Origin: Candidatus Brocadia sp.
GTDB taxonomy: Bacteria > Planctomycetota > Brocadiia > Brocadiales > Brocadiaceae
Assembly (NCBI GenBank): GCA_021650915.1
Contig: CP091279.1
Location: 2,550,001 to 2,582,000 of the forward strand
Length of the DNA stretch: 32,000 nt
Direction: 5' to 3'
Position 1 is the first letter of the stretch. Each line of letters starts with the position of its first letter. A program made the position numbers and the translations under genes. Below the pieces are notes generated by a model, which was given only the letters and a program-made list of their open reading frames with translations, searched no databases and had not been told where the DNA came from. Positions 18,256 to 26,963 of the stretch are shown one piece after another.

Positions 18256-19851
18256 TTATTTCAGCAACGATGCCCGGATAAATTCCCTGAATAAAGGATG
18301 AGGATCAGTGGGCTTAGACTTAAATTCCGGGTGAAACTGCACACAAACAAACCAGGGATGGTCCTTAAGTTCCATGATTTCCACCAAACGGTCGGCCAGG
18401 GTATGCCCGCTAAAAATCATACCCCTGGCTACAAACAGGTCTGTATAACTGTTATTAAATTCATACCGGTGACGGTGCCGCTCTGAGATATCCTTGGTTC
18501 CATATGCCTTGTATGCCTTTGTGCCTTCAAGCAGGACGCACGGCTGCGCTCCAAGCCTCATAGTGCCACCTTTGGCCAACACGTCACGCTGCTCTTCCAG
18601 TAAGCTGATTACCGGATCAGGGGTATTGGCGTCGAATTCCGTGCTGTTCGCATCCTTGAGATTACAGACATTTCTCGCAAACTCAATGGCAGCGCACTGC
18701 ATCCCCAGGCAAATGCCAAAGAATGGTATCTTATTTTCCCGTGCATACCGTATCGCTTCGATCTTGCCCTCAACCCCGCGCACCCCAAATCCGCCGGGGA
18801 CGAGGATGCCTCTCACCCCTTCAAGATGCGCCCGCGCCCCGTTCTTTTCAACATCCTCAGACTCTACCCGACGCACCCGTACCCGGGCATTATTCCCGAT
18901 GCCTCCATGGATCAGGGATTCGTAAATAGACTCGTAGGCTGACTGATGCGCAATATATTTTCCGACGATCGCTATCTCGGTGGCCTGGGTTGGGTTTTTC
19001 AATATCTCCAGTATGGATAACCACCGGTCGAGGGTGTTGCCGTCTGTTTTAAGTCGCAGCCTCTGAATGATAAACGTATCCAGCCCCTGATCAACAAGGA
19101 TCAACGGTATCTCATAAAGATAGGGTTTTACGTCGCGCTCTTCAATAATTGCATTTTTATCCACATTACAAAAAAGGGACAATTTTTCCTTTACCTCAGC
19201 GCCAAGATGTTTTTCCGTCCTGCAGATGATAATGTCTGGCTGAATGCCCGCCTGCCGCAGCATACCGACGCTGTGCTGGGTCGGCTTCGTCTTTATCTCC
19301 TCTGCAGCGCTTAAAAAAGGAACTAGGGTGAGGTGAATATAGAGTACGTTTTCCCTTCCTACCTTTTGGCCAAATTGTCTTATCGCTTCAAGGAACGGCT
19401 GATTTTCAATGTCACCCACAATACCGCCGATTTCGGATATGACTACGTCCGTGTCCGGTCCATCCAACTTCTGAATACATTCAATAATTTCATTCGTGAT
19501 ATGAGGGATTACCTGTACCGTCTTCCCCAAATATTCCCCTTTTCGCTCTTTGGTAATAACGGAATAATAGATAGAACCGGTCGTAAAATTACAATACCGG
19601 TTCGTCCTGCTCTGGGTGAATCGCTCATAATGCCCCAGATCAAGGTCGGTCTCTGCACCGTCATCGGTTACATAAACCTCTCCGTGTTCGTAAGGGCTCA
19701 TCGTTCCGGGATCAATATTGACATAGGGGTCAAATTTTTGCAATCGCACCTTAAGTCCCCTGCTCTCCAGCAACATCCCGATAGAGGCAGAGTTGAGTCC
19801 TTTACCAAGAGAAGAAACCACGCCACCCGTAACAAAGATATGTTTAGTCAT
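18256..19851 (-). CDS. pyrG: CTP synthase
   Basis: 531-aa [22 protein letters not shown]-terminus. GIC(L)GMQ catalytic Cys in the glutamine amidotransferase domain. HRHRYE and FHPEF motifs. Confidence 0.95.
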   Translation of the reverse strand: MTKHIFVTGGVVSSLGKGLNSASIGMLLESRGLKVRLQKFDPYVNIDPGTMSPYEHGEVYVTDDGAETDLDLGHYERFTQSRTNRYCNFTTGSIYYSVITKERKGEYLGKTVQVIPHITNEIIECIQKLDGPDTDVVISEIGGIVGDIENQPFLEAIRQFGQKVGRENVLYIHLTLVPFLSAAEEIKTKPTQHSVGMLRQAGIQPDIIICRTEKHLGAEVKEKLSLFCNVDKNAIIEERDVKPYLYEIPLILVDQGLDTFIIQRLRLKTDGNTLDRWLSILEILKNPTQATEIAIVGKYIAHQSAYESIYESLIHGGIGNNARVRVRRVESEDVEKNGARAHLEGVRGILVPGGFGVRGVEGKIEAIRYARENKIPFFGICLGMQCAAIEFARNVCNLKDANSTEFDANTPDPVISLLEEQRDVLAKGGTMRLGAQPCVLLEGTKAYKAYGTKDISERHRHRYEFNNSYTDLFVARGMIFSGHTLADRLVEIMELKDHPWFVCVQFHPEFKSKPTDPHPLFREFIRASLLK

Positions 19852-20615
19852 GTTTGTATCTTTCCAAGTTTGTATCTTTCCAAAAATGCCAGCAAATCCT
19901 CTCGTGTGTCAATACCTCGGGAGGTATATTCCGTGATTGCCACCTTAATTTTGTAACCGTTGGAGAGCGCCCTGAGCTGCTCCAGCTTTTCAGCCTGTTC
20001 TAAGGGCGAAGCAGGGAGTTTGGAGTACTGCAATAAAAAATCCCTCCTGTAGGCATAAATACCCAGATGCCTCAAAAACCGAATCCCCGGCTCCTTGAAA
20101 GGGTCTTTACTGTCTCGTACGCAGGGTATCGGTGAACGTGAAAAATAGAGCGCATATCCGTAATTATCCAGCACCACCTTTACCACATTCGGATTGCTTA
20201 ATTCTGCGGCATCTGTTATCACATGCGCAAGAGTCGCCATGACCGCAACATTGTCTTCCACTAAACTATCTATGACCTGATCAACGACAGACGCATGCAT
20301 CTCTGGTTCGTCCCCCTGCACATTTACGATCAGGTCTGCATCCAACCTGCCCGACACCTCCGCAATCCGGTCAGTCCCGGAGACATGCGATGCAGAAGTC
20401 ATTTCAACATTACCGCCAAACCCTCTTACAATTTCATAAATATGCTGGTTATCGGTAGCAACAATAACCTGGTGAATTCGCCGCGCCTGCTTTACGTTTT
20501 GATAGACGTGTTCTATGATATATCTTCCGGTAACGGACTTGACTTCTGGCAGGATTAATTTATAAGGCAGCCTGGTCGATGCATATCGTGCGGGAATTAC
20601 AACCACTGCCTTCAT
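19848..20615 (-). CDS. kdsB: 3-deoxy-manno-octulosonate cytidylyltransferase (CMP-Kdo synthetase)
   Basis: 255-aa [31 protein letters not shown] and VNVQGDEP are near-identical to the E. coli KdsB motifs. There is a 4-nt overlap with pyrG, suggesting an operon. Confidence 0.92.
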   Translation of the reverse strand: MKAVVVIPARYASTRLPYKLILPEVKSVTGRYIIEHVYQNVKQARRIHQVIVATDNQHIYEIVRGFGGNVEMTSASHVSGTDRIAEVSGRLDADLIVNVQGDEPEMHASVVDQVIDSLVEDNVAVMATLAHVITDAAELSNPNVVKVVLDNYGYALYFSRSPIPCVRDSKDPFKEPGIRFLRHLGIYAYRRDFLLQYSKLPASPLEQAEKLEQLRALSNGYKIKVAITEYTSRGIDTREDLLAFLERYKLGKIQT

Positions 20616-20987
20616 ACGGCACGTTCAATCATGGGATTCTTCAGCCGCATCTTTTCACCACGAAACGCGGGATACCAGGAAAAACAGGAATAGCTATGAT
20701 GCATTGTTTTTTAGGAATTAAATTATATGACTTTCAACAACTTTTTATTATAAGATTAAACCCATCCCTGGATCCCCTTCGAGGCGGGAACTTCTTTCGT
20801 CCCCTCTTGAGAGGAGGTTGGGGGTGTGTAAGGTGCTATCGGAAGCCCTGAAATTCCTATACGTAAAATATATCTTTGAAGATACCACGATTATTCAAAG
20901 AACATTCGAATAATCCCGGCCATGCCTGACGTAAAGAAGGTAATTTTATTGAACAAATCTTTCGTATTCAAACACTTTTTGAAATAA

Positions 20988-21932
20988 TTACCTGGATATT
21001 TCCAATGAAATATCCAGGGCCTTTGCTGAATGGGTAAGAGCGCCAACGGAAATCCTGTCCACCCCTGTTTGTGCCACAAGATGCACGTTTTCGAGGGTAA
21101 TATTGCCTGACGCCTCTGTAAGTGGCGGCTGTTTCCCTTCACCATACTTCCACTCTTTCACCAATCGTACCGCATCGCTCAACTGCTGGATGCTCATGTT
21201 ATCAAACAGAATGATATCCACATCTGCGTTAAGGGCGCTCTCTACTTCTTCCGATGTCCTTGTTTCTACTTCGATCAATACACCCTTGTTTATCTTTTGT
21301 CGCACCACGGAGACGGCCTTTTCAATAATGCTGATAGGGGAAGAAGGATCGCAGAACAGTTTGCTTTTCATAATATCCAGGTGGTTATCTTTTATAAGCG
21401 CCTGGTCATAGAGTCCCATCCGGTGGTTTACTCCGCCACCCGCTGCCACAGCGTATTTTTCCAGATATCGCCAGCCGGGGACGGTCTTCCGTGTATCCAG
21501 AAGAGCGGTCTTTAAGGGTTTAATTCGTTCGACAAATCGTGATGTCAGCGTCGCAATTCCTGAGAGCCTTTGGAGAAAATTCAAGGCAATCCGTTCGCCG
21601 GCAAGCAATGTCTTTGCACTGCCCTGGATTGCAGCAATAGTCTCTCCTTTGCAGACAACGCCCCCTTCTCTTATCCACTGCTTAAAAAAAATATTTTTGT
21701 CGAGTTTTGAAAAAAAACATTCAACCACAGGCAGCCCGGCAATAATTCCGTTTTCCTTCGCGATAAAAACCCCTTCGACCATGAGGTTGTTCGGGATAAG
21801 ATTTTCTGTCGTAATATCCCCGGTAAAAATATCCTCCTCGAAAGCGAGCTGAAGAAGGGCGTCTATCTTTGCTGGTTCAAAATCGATTTTTCTGTTCATA
21901 TTCAAAGGAACTACCCATTTTTCATTCTTCAT
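20988..21932 (-). CDS. nadC: nicotinate-nucleotide pyrophosphorylase (carboxylating)
   Basis: 314-aa ORF; the internal start at 21899 (MNRK) is also possible. EEDIFTGDITT, LLAGERIALNFLQRLSGIATLT, LLDTRKTVPGWR, EKYAVAAGGGVNHR and LIKDNH motifs. Confidence 0.9.
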   Translation of the reverse strand: MKNEKWVVPLNMNRKIDFEPAKIDALLQLAFEEDIFTGDITTENLIPNNLMVEGVFIAKENGIIAGLPVVECFFSKLDKNIFFKQWIREGGVVCKGETIAAIQGSAKTLLAGERIALNFLQRLSGIATLTSRFVERIKPLKTALLDTRKTVPGWRYLEKYAVAAGGGVNHRMGLYDQALIKDNHLDIMKSKLFCDPSSPISIIEKAVSVVRQKINKGVLIEVETRTSEEVESALNADVDIILFDNMSIQQLSDAVRLVKEWKYGEGKQPPLTEASGNITLENVHLVAQTGVDRISVGALTHSAKALDISLEISR

Positions 21933-22091
21933 CTTTCATCTGTCGTCCATCGTCTGTTATCTGCCAATATCCTGCTACCCCTTATTTTATAACCTATTAT
22001 AAACTGTTTTTAAGAGAACTCAATACCCTATTTTTAAAGGGTGACCGCTGTTATTTCGTCTGAAATTACCTTCTGTACGGTCATTTTTTTC

Positions 22092-22119
22092 TTGACAACT
22101 AAAAAAACCGTGTTATTTT
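22092..22119 (+). promoter_or_regulatory. sigma70-type promoter for the riboswitch-led transcript
   Basis: TTGACA (22092-22097), a 16-nt spacer, then TATTTT (22114-22119). It lies in the divergent intergenic region between nadC (-) and the + strand locus, about 50 nt upstream of the aptamer-like element. Confidence 0.45.
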
Positions 22120-22169
22120 AGCCGTATTATTTATAGTTAGTTTAAAAACTAACGTGAAATACAAAGGGC

Positions 22170-22256
22170 ATTACGATAAAGGCAAACCCTGAGCGATCAG
22201 GGGACGCAAAGTACAGGGTCTTTTGTAAGGGCGTATTGCATACGCCCATCTATCTG
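22170..22256 (+). promoter_or_regulatory. candidate GEMM-I (c-di-GMP-I class) cyclic-dinucleotide riboswitch aptamer
   Basis: AGGCAAACC (22180-22188), then a 6-bp hairpin CCCUGA-GCGA-UCAGGG with a GNRA tetraloop (22187-22202), then GGACGCAAAG (22202-22211). Next comes a second helix containing the perfect hairpin GGGCGUAU-UGC-AUACGCCC (22229-22247). This reproduces, from memory, the conserved core of the V. cholerae Vc2 aptamer (GGGCAAACC-AUUC-GAAA-GAGU-GGGACGCAAAGCC). It is followed by an intrinsic terminator and then a gene. Confidence 0.6.
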
Positions 22257-22266
22257 ATAAAAAGAC

Positions 22267-22318
22267 AGCCTTACTGCCGAAGATGTTTCAGAACATTTTT
22301 GCAGTAAGGCTTTTTTTG
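22267..22318 (+). terminator. intrinsic terminator / attenuator (expression platform of the candidate riboswitch)
   Basis: 11-bp perfect stem AGCCTTACTGC (22267-22277) / GCAGTAAGGCT (22301-22311), followed by T7 (22311-22317). It lies in a 5' leader, since no + strand gene upstream needs termination. It ends 99 nt before the ATG at 22417. Confidence 0.7.
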
Positions 22319-22416
22319 TTTGGAGAGCGTTTGTTGGAAAGAGGGTATCATTGACTGAATGTTCGAAAGATCGGCATTTTAACTCATAGGTAATCTTATT
22401 GTGAAAGGAGTTGAAG

Positions 22417-23166
22417 ATGAAGATATTAGAAAATATTAAACAACCCTTCTGGATGGGTCTGGTTGTTTTGACAGCTATGCTGACAATGCCTGGTATCGTG
22501 TTGTCTGCATCGAAACAGAAACAGAATAGGGGTTTTACTGATTCTTTCATGTTCGATGAGTGCACCGGTTTTTCATCCACCGGATGCAATCCCTTTTTCA
22601 TTCTTGAACCAGGCCATCAGCTCGTTTTGGAAGGAACTGAAGATAATGAAGAAATCAAATTGATCATAACCGTGCTTGATGAGACCCAGGATATAACGAC
22701 AAACGAGACAGGTCTCGTAACAACCAGGATCGTGGAAGAAAGAGAGTCTATTGACGGTGAGTTGTTTGAAGTCTCAAGGAATTTCTTTGCGATATGCAAT
22801 CGGGATAACAGCGTATTCTACTTTGGAGAGGATGTGGATTTCTACGAAGATGGAGTGATCGTCAGCCACGATGGTTCCTGGCGGGCGGGTGTTGACGGAG
22901 CAAGGGCTGGCATCATCATGCCGGGGACGATCCTCCTGGGTTCCCGATATTTCCAGGAGGTAGCGCCAGACGTTGCCATGGACAGGGCTGAAATTTTGAG
23001 TATAAATCAGGTTGTAAAGACACCGGCAGAGGAGTTTAAAAACTGCCTGAAAACAAAGGAGACCACGCCCCTGGAACCAAACGCAAAGGAATTTAAATTT
23101 TATGCACCGGGGGTTGGACTCATAAAAGATGGCGTGCTATTGCTTACCGAAATAAATCACCTGTGA
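22417..23166 (+). CDS. secreted protein of unknown function
   Basis: The ORF is open from TTG 22411. ATG at 22417 lies 6 nt after AAAGGAG. Signal peptide (FWMGLVVLTAMLTMPGIVLSA|SK). The mature part is beta-rich (FFILEPGHQLVLEG, VFYFGEDVDFYEDG, GSWRAGVDGARAGIIMPG, TTPLEPNAKEFKFYAPGVGLI). It resembles a widespread uncharacterised secreted-protein family, but I cannot name a domain. Confidence 0.75.
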   Translation: MKILENIKQPFWMGLVVLTAMLTMPGIVLSASKQKQNRGFTDSFMFDECTGFSSTGCNPFFILEPGHQLVLEGTEDNEEIKLIITVLDETQDITTNETGLVTTRIVEERESIDGELFEVSRNFFAICNRDNSVFYFGEDVDFYEDGVIVSHDGSWRAGVDGARAGIIMPGTILLGSRYFQEVAPDVAMDRAEILSINQVVKTPAEEFKNCLKTKETTPLEPNAKEFKFYAPGVGLIKDGVLLLTEINHL

Positions 23167-23340
23167 GATTGCCTTTACATCATCTTTTTATTTTTGACTA
23201 ATTTTCTCACGGAGCGCCATGCGATAAAAAGAGACGATCAGGGGCAAATCCCTGACAACTACAGGAAACATGGAGTAAATGGTCTTCTCAACCATCAAGG
23301 ATGTAGTTAATGACGTGCCGTATCCTTGAACGAAAAAGAC

Positions 23341-23392
23341 AGCCTTACTGCGGAAATGTTTCCTAACAATTTTTGCAGTAAGGCTTTTTTTG
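23341..23392 (+). terminator. intrinsic terminator, near-identical paralogue of the 22267-22318 hairpin
   Basis: Same 11-bp stem AGCCTTACTGC (23341-23351) / GCAGTAAGGCT (23375-23385) plus T7 (23385-23391). It lies 175 nt after the stop of the 22417-23166 gene and 141 nt before the ATG at 23533. Confidence 0.7.
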
Positions 23393-23532
23393 CGGCAAAT
23401 AAGACCGTAAAAGAGGAAGGGAGGTGAATTACCGGCAAGCTTGATTGGGGTGCGAGACTGGAAACAGAAGTTTTTGACCGAAACATTAATACGGAAGTTT
23501 TTGTGAGATATTGCTAAACAAAGGAGAATGCT

Positions 23533-23838
23533 ATGGCAGAAAAGAATGAGATAGGAACAATAACCCTCAAAATTGATCAGCAACAACTCAGGAAGATTGC
23601 CACTTCAGGCAGGCTTGAGAAATTTATTGAGAAGGCAACCGAACTTTTCAAGCGAGACCTGAAAGCAGAGTTGGTAAAGGAAAGTGTTTCGTCATCGGAA
23701 ACCGCCCTCTTCCTTTACGATGATGAATTTGGCACCGGGCCACGACCTCCTCACTGGCACAATATTGCGAGAATAGAACTCCTGACTTCAAGGTTAGAAG
23801 TGTTGGAACAATCTGTTCTGAAGGCCACGAGACAATAA
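23533..23838 (+). CDS. small hypothetical protein (101 aa), helical N-terminus, Pro/aromatic-rich centre
   Basis: Good SD (AAGGAG) 6 nt upstream of the ATG. No signal peptide and no Cys. Contains the segment GTGPRPPHWHNIARIE. No recognisable family. Confidence 0.6.
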   Translation: MAEKNEIGTITLKIDQQQLRKIATSGRLEKFIEKATELFKRDLKAELVKESVSSSETALFLYDDEFGTGPRPPHWHNIARIELLTSRLEVLEQSVLKATRQ

Positions 23839-23913
23839 TTTCCCCGTCTACTTTCATGTAGTCGGAAACGAAGACTTGCATTCTTGATGCTGATTTTTTT
23901 GTCGGCATAGAAC

Positions 23914-23949
23914 GATGGTAAGTGTGGTTCCAAGGCTGCACTTACCATC
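23914..23949 (+). other. stable intercistronic hairpin between the small ORF and the radical-SAM gene
   Basis: Perfect 11-bp stem GATGGTAAGTG (23914-23924) / CACTTACCATC (23939-23949) with a 14-nt loop. There is no U-tract, so it is not a canonical terminator. Confidence 0.55.
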
Positions 23950-24000
23950 ATCTTGCACCCGGCAGTAAAGTCGAAGAACAAAATTTTCATGGAGATAGGT

Positions 24001-25134
24001 ATGGAGAACCGAACAGCGGAAAAACACCAGCCCGATAATCTTTCAGAGTTTTTAACCCGAACGGGAAATCTCTTAATCCATCTGCTGAATCAGTGCAATT
24101 TGAGCTGCGAGCATTGTTATCTTGACGCTTCGTCCGGGGGCGACTCGGCATTACCCCTTGATTTAGTGAAACGCACCTTAGATGAAGCGCATGATTTAGG
24201 CATTCAATCAGTGCAGTTCAGTGGTGGCGAGCCTTTTCTCTATCCTCACCTTCTTGAGGTGTTATCAGAAACAAAAGGAAAAAATTTTCAGGTGGTGTTA
24301 TCCACGAACGGAACACTCTTCGACGACAAGGCTATAGACCTCCTTGCTGAAACACGCGCCTCTGTGGTAACGAGCATTGATGGTCCGGCGGCTTATCACG
24401 ACCTATTCCGTGGAAAGAAGGGGAGTTTTGCTAAAACAGAGTCGGGTATTGCCCGTCTCGTTGACCGTGGCGTGAAAGTGCGGATAGTAACAACGGTTTC
24501 CGAGGATAGTTTTCAGCATATCGACTGGTGTGCCGAATGGGCATATAAAATGAAAGCCGGCATCCTGCAATTTCAGCCGCTTGAAGGCATTGGCAGAGGA
24601 AGGAATATCGCACATAAGCGCCTTTCTGAGGATCGACTCCATGACCTTTTCCTCCATTTGAATGACCTCGCAGTATCGTATGCTTCCAAAGGGTTGCACA
24701 TCAAGATGACCTATCAAAGCCGGGACTATATGGTTACCCATCCCTGCTCGGCCTTTGTCTGCAATGGAACGGACTGCCACCGGGGGGTTGATAAAGAACT
24801 GAAAAAGATTGTTATCCGGGAAGATGGCTCCATACTGCCTGAACTGGTGGATATTGACCGGCAATTTTCTATAGGCAATCTCCATAACGATACGCTGAAA
24901 AACAATTTAATCCTGTATCTCCGTGAGAAATATTCGCTCTTTGACCAACTCTGCCGTGAGGTCTACGGTGATACGGTGCCGAAATATTCATCCCCTCTGA
25001 TCCCCTGGAATGAAATTTTAACGGAGAGAAGCAGACTGTTTAAGCCAGCAAAGGAAGGAGAAGAAGGAAAACAATTGCCTCTTGAAGTAGGCTGCTGCTC
25101 CGACACATCCCTTCAAGAAGGACTGAAGTCTTAA
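24001..25134 (+). CDS. radical SAM enzyme with a Cys-containing C-terminal auxiliary (twitch/partial-SPASM-like) region
   Basis: The ORF is open from 23953. ATG at 24001 is preferred because GGAG lies 9 nt upstream. CX3CX2C cluster motif CNLSCEHC. GGEPF SAM-binding motif. STNGT. Later Cys cluster HPCSAFVCNGTDCHRG and a C-terminal VGCC. Confidence 0.85.
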   Translation: MENRTAEKHQPDNLSEFLTRTGNLLIHLLNQCNLSCEHCYLDASSGGDSALPLDLVKRTLDEAHDLGIQSVQFSGGEPFLYPHLLEVLSETKGKNFQVVLSTNGTLFDDKAIDLLAETRASVVTSIDGPAAYHDLFRGKKGSFAKTESGIARLVDRGVKVRIVTTVSEDSFQHIDWCAEWAYKMKAGILQFQPLEGIGRGRNIAHKRLSEDRLHDLFLHLNDLAVSYASKGLHIKMTYQSRDYMVTHPCSAFVCNGTDCHRGVDKELKKIVIREDGSILPELVDIDRQFSIGNLHNDTLKNNLILYLREKYSLFDQLCREVYGDTVPKYSSPLIPWNEILTERSRLFKPAKEGEEGKQLPLEVGCCSDTSLQEGLKS

Positions 25135-25268
25135 GGAAGGGAAAGGGGGTTAAAAACATAACTATGCTCAAGCTGGTTCAGACTTGTAGTTTGAACCAAA
25201 CGTTTTGCACATTACCATACGTTTTGAGCAGACACCCATCTTGAAATACCAAAGGTTTCGGTTCGATC

Positions 25269-25484
25269 TCAGACGACCGAACCAGCAAGAAGGATGATGC
25301 CATCCGTTTTCAACCCACCATTCAGCAACCCAGGAAATACGTTCTTCTCATGATCATCCCTGAATATTTTCTTCCGCTCATTTCCCTGCCAGACTACCTG
25401 ATATAAGGCGACCCGTATTGTATGTACAATGGTCTTGCCATTCAAATGCTTGCTTCCATTTACTACTTTTGCAAATGCATCCAA
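25269..25484 (-). pseudogene. N-terminal remnant of an IS200-like / REP-associated Y1 transposase (RAYT-type)
   Basis: The 71-aa ORF contains YQVVWQGNERKKIFRDDHEKNVFPGLLNGGLKTDGIILLAGSV. This parallels the HHV(T/M)xRGNxRxxIFxDDxDRxxFLxLLxxxxxxxGxxLxAYCLM N-terminus of this family. It stops before the HUH motif. Confidence 0.5.
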
Positions 25485-25670
25485 AACAGGTGCGATATAA
25501 GTACAGCAGGAGGAAAGCCATATAGTTGTACGTTACCAACGTATCAACGCCTTAAAATATGTTGTAATTTCAAGGCAATAAATTATAATGATAAAATTCA
25601 AAAAAAGGGGGAGAGTTTGTTTCTCTGACCATATCTTTTCTGTTCCTTTTTTTACTTAACAAAGATACCA

Positions 25671-26906
25671 ATGAAAAATATTTTTTTTATTGCGGTTCTC
25701 ATTTTTATTGCACCATTCGTCCTGACTACGGGTATCTTTGCTCAACTCCCGCACTTTCTCATTCCTCCGGCAGAATTTAAGGCATTCGATACGCCGAACG
25801 ACGCAGGGGAGACGGTATCACTGACGTGGCCAGCTTCTCCCAGCGACGCCCCCGATGTTTTTTACGTGGTTTACATCGACAAGAATAAAAACGGCGCCTT
25901 TGAAAAGGAGGCGATTCGCTTCAAGTCGAACACTTGCTATCGAACGGGTGTTCCTGAAATCTACGGTCATAAAAAATCGAATGAAAATTATCACTATGTT
26001 CAGATATTTCCCAGAAAGGTGTTCAACGCGGAAACGATCGATACGGGGCAAGTCTACTACTTCAAGTTAGCAATGGTCTCGGAGGATAGTAAAATTGTCC
26101 TGGATACGGTAGCCTCTGCCAGGGCGCGCGGTAATTGGTTGCACACAAAAAAGGCAAACAATTTTCTCATCATGATTACCCTCTCGGCCATTATCCTCTA
26201 TTTTATCGTGCACGCCAGGAGAAATCCTAACCTGTCCTTGCGAAAGATCAGCGGCCTGGATGCCGTGGATGAAGCTTTGGGCCGCGCTACGGAAATGGGT
26301 AAGCCCGTCCTGTTTGTTCACGGGCTAACCGGCATGGGAAGCATATCGACCATAGCGGCAATAAGTATTTTGGGCAGGATTGCACGGAAGATTGCAGATT
26401 ATGATGCAAACTTAAAGGTTGTGAATAACGACCCCATTGTCATGTCTGTGAGCCAGGAGGTAGTGAAGGAATCGTACCTTGAGGCGGGACGTCCTGATGC
26501 TTACAATCCGGACAATGTCTTTCTGGTGGCCTCAGAACAATTTCCGTATGTCGCAGCCGTGGGTGGTATTATGACCCGAGAAAGACCCGCCGCCAATTTC
26601 TTCGTCGGCTATTTTTATGCGGAGGCATTGATCCTGGCAGAAACCGGCGCCTCTACTGGCGCAATTCAGATCGCCGGCACCGACGCCTACACCCAGTTGC
26701 CCTTCTTTATTACCACCTGTGATTATACCCTGATTGGGGAGGAGCTTTATGCAGCAAGCGCCTATTTGTCGAGGGAGCCAATGCTAATGGGTACGCTCAG
26801 GGCACAGGATGTGGGAAAGGGGATCCTTATTATTATATTGATATTGGGTACCTTATTAGCTAGTTTTGGGCTGACATTTGTCACACATCTGTTTGAGGCT
26901 TTTTAG
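25671..26906 (+). CDS. membrane protein of unknown function (signal/TM, FN3-like exodomain, TM, about 200-aa conserved-looking domain, C-terminal TM)
   Basis: 411-aa ORF. N-terminal hydrophobic helix. Beta-rich region with FDTPNDAGETVSLTWPASPSD. TM (FLIMITLSAIILYFIVHA). Then ISGLDAVDEALGRATEMGKPVLFVHG...IAGTDAYTQLPFFITTCDYTLIGEELYAASAYL. Terminal TM (GILIIILILGTLLASFGLTFV). Confidence 0.75.
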   Translation: MKNIFFIAVLIFIAPFVLTTGIFAQLPHFLIPPAEFKAFDTPNDAGETVSLTWPASPSDAPDVFYVVYIDKNKNGAFEKEAIRFKSNTCYRTGVPEIYGHKKSNENYHYVQIFPRKVFNAETIDTGQVYYFKLAMVSEDSKIVLDTVASARARGNWLHTKKANNFLIMITLSAIILYFIVHARRNPNLSLRKISGLDAVDEALGRATEMGKPVLFVHGLTGMGSISTIAAISILGRIARKIADYDANLKVVNNDPIVMSVSQEVVKESYLEAGRPDAYNPDNVFLVASEQFPYVAAVGGIMTRERPAANFFVGYFYAEALILAETGASTGAIQIAGTDAYTQLPFFITTCDYTLIGEELYAASAYLSREPMLMGTLRAQDVGKGILIIILILGTLLASFGLTFVTHLFEAF

Positions 26907-26963
26907 ATAAGACGAAGACAATGCCATCGATAATTCAGGAAAAAATCCTGCAATTCTGTAAAG

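Noticed and set aside
19333-19956. 207-aa + strand ORF across the pyrG/kdsB junction
   Set aside because: It is antisense to two highly conserved housekeeping genes and has no motif support.
20755-20835. Two tandem small hairpins (TCCCCTTCGAGGCGGGA and TCCCCTCTTGAGAGGAGG) between nadC and kdsB, giving the PLLRGGWGCV-type pseudo-peptide of ORF 20579-20851
   Set aside because: The stems are short (4-5 bp) and the element is single-copy in this window. The ORF has no start context. It is probably a weak terminator or spacer structure, not a gene.
23221-23265. Second GEMM-I riboswitch upstream of the small ORF/radical-SAM operon
   Set aside because: It shares blocks with the first element, but the ACGCAAAG box is missing, the GGCAAA box lies in a hairpin loop, and there is no GNRA-capped P1b. 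I cannot support it as a functional GEMM-I aptamer, so it is reported only as a rearranged duplicate.
24403-24885. 160-aa - strand ORF inside the radical-SAM gene
   Set aside because: It is antisense to a CDS with clear CX3CX2C and GGEPF motifs. It is a shadow ORF.
25240-25285. GGTTCGATC...CGAACC segment resembling a tRNA T-arm
   Set aside because: No acceptor stem, anticodon arm or D-arm can be built around it. It is a simple 6-bp hairpin next to the transposase remnant.
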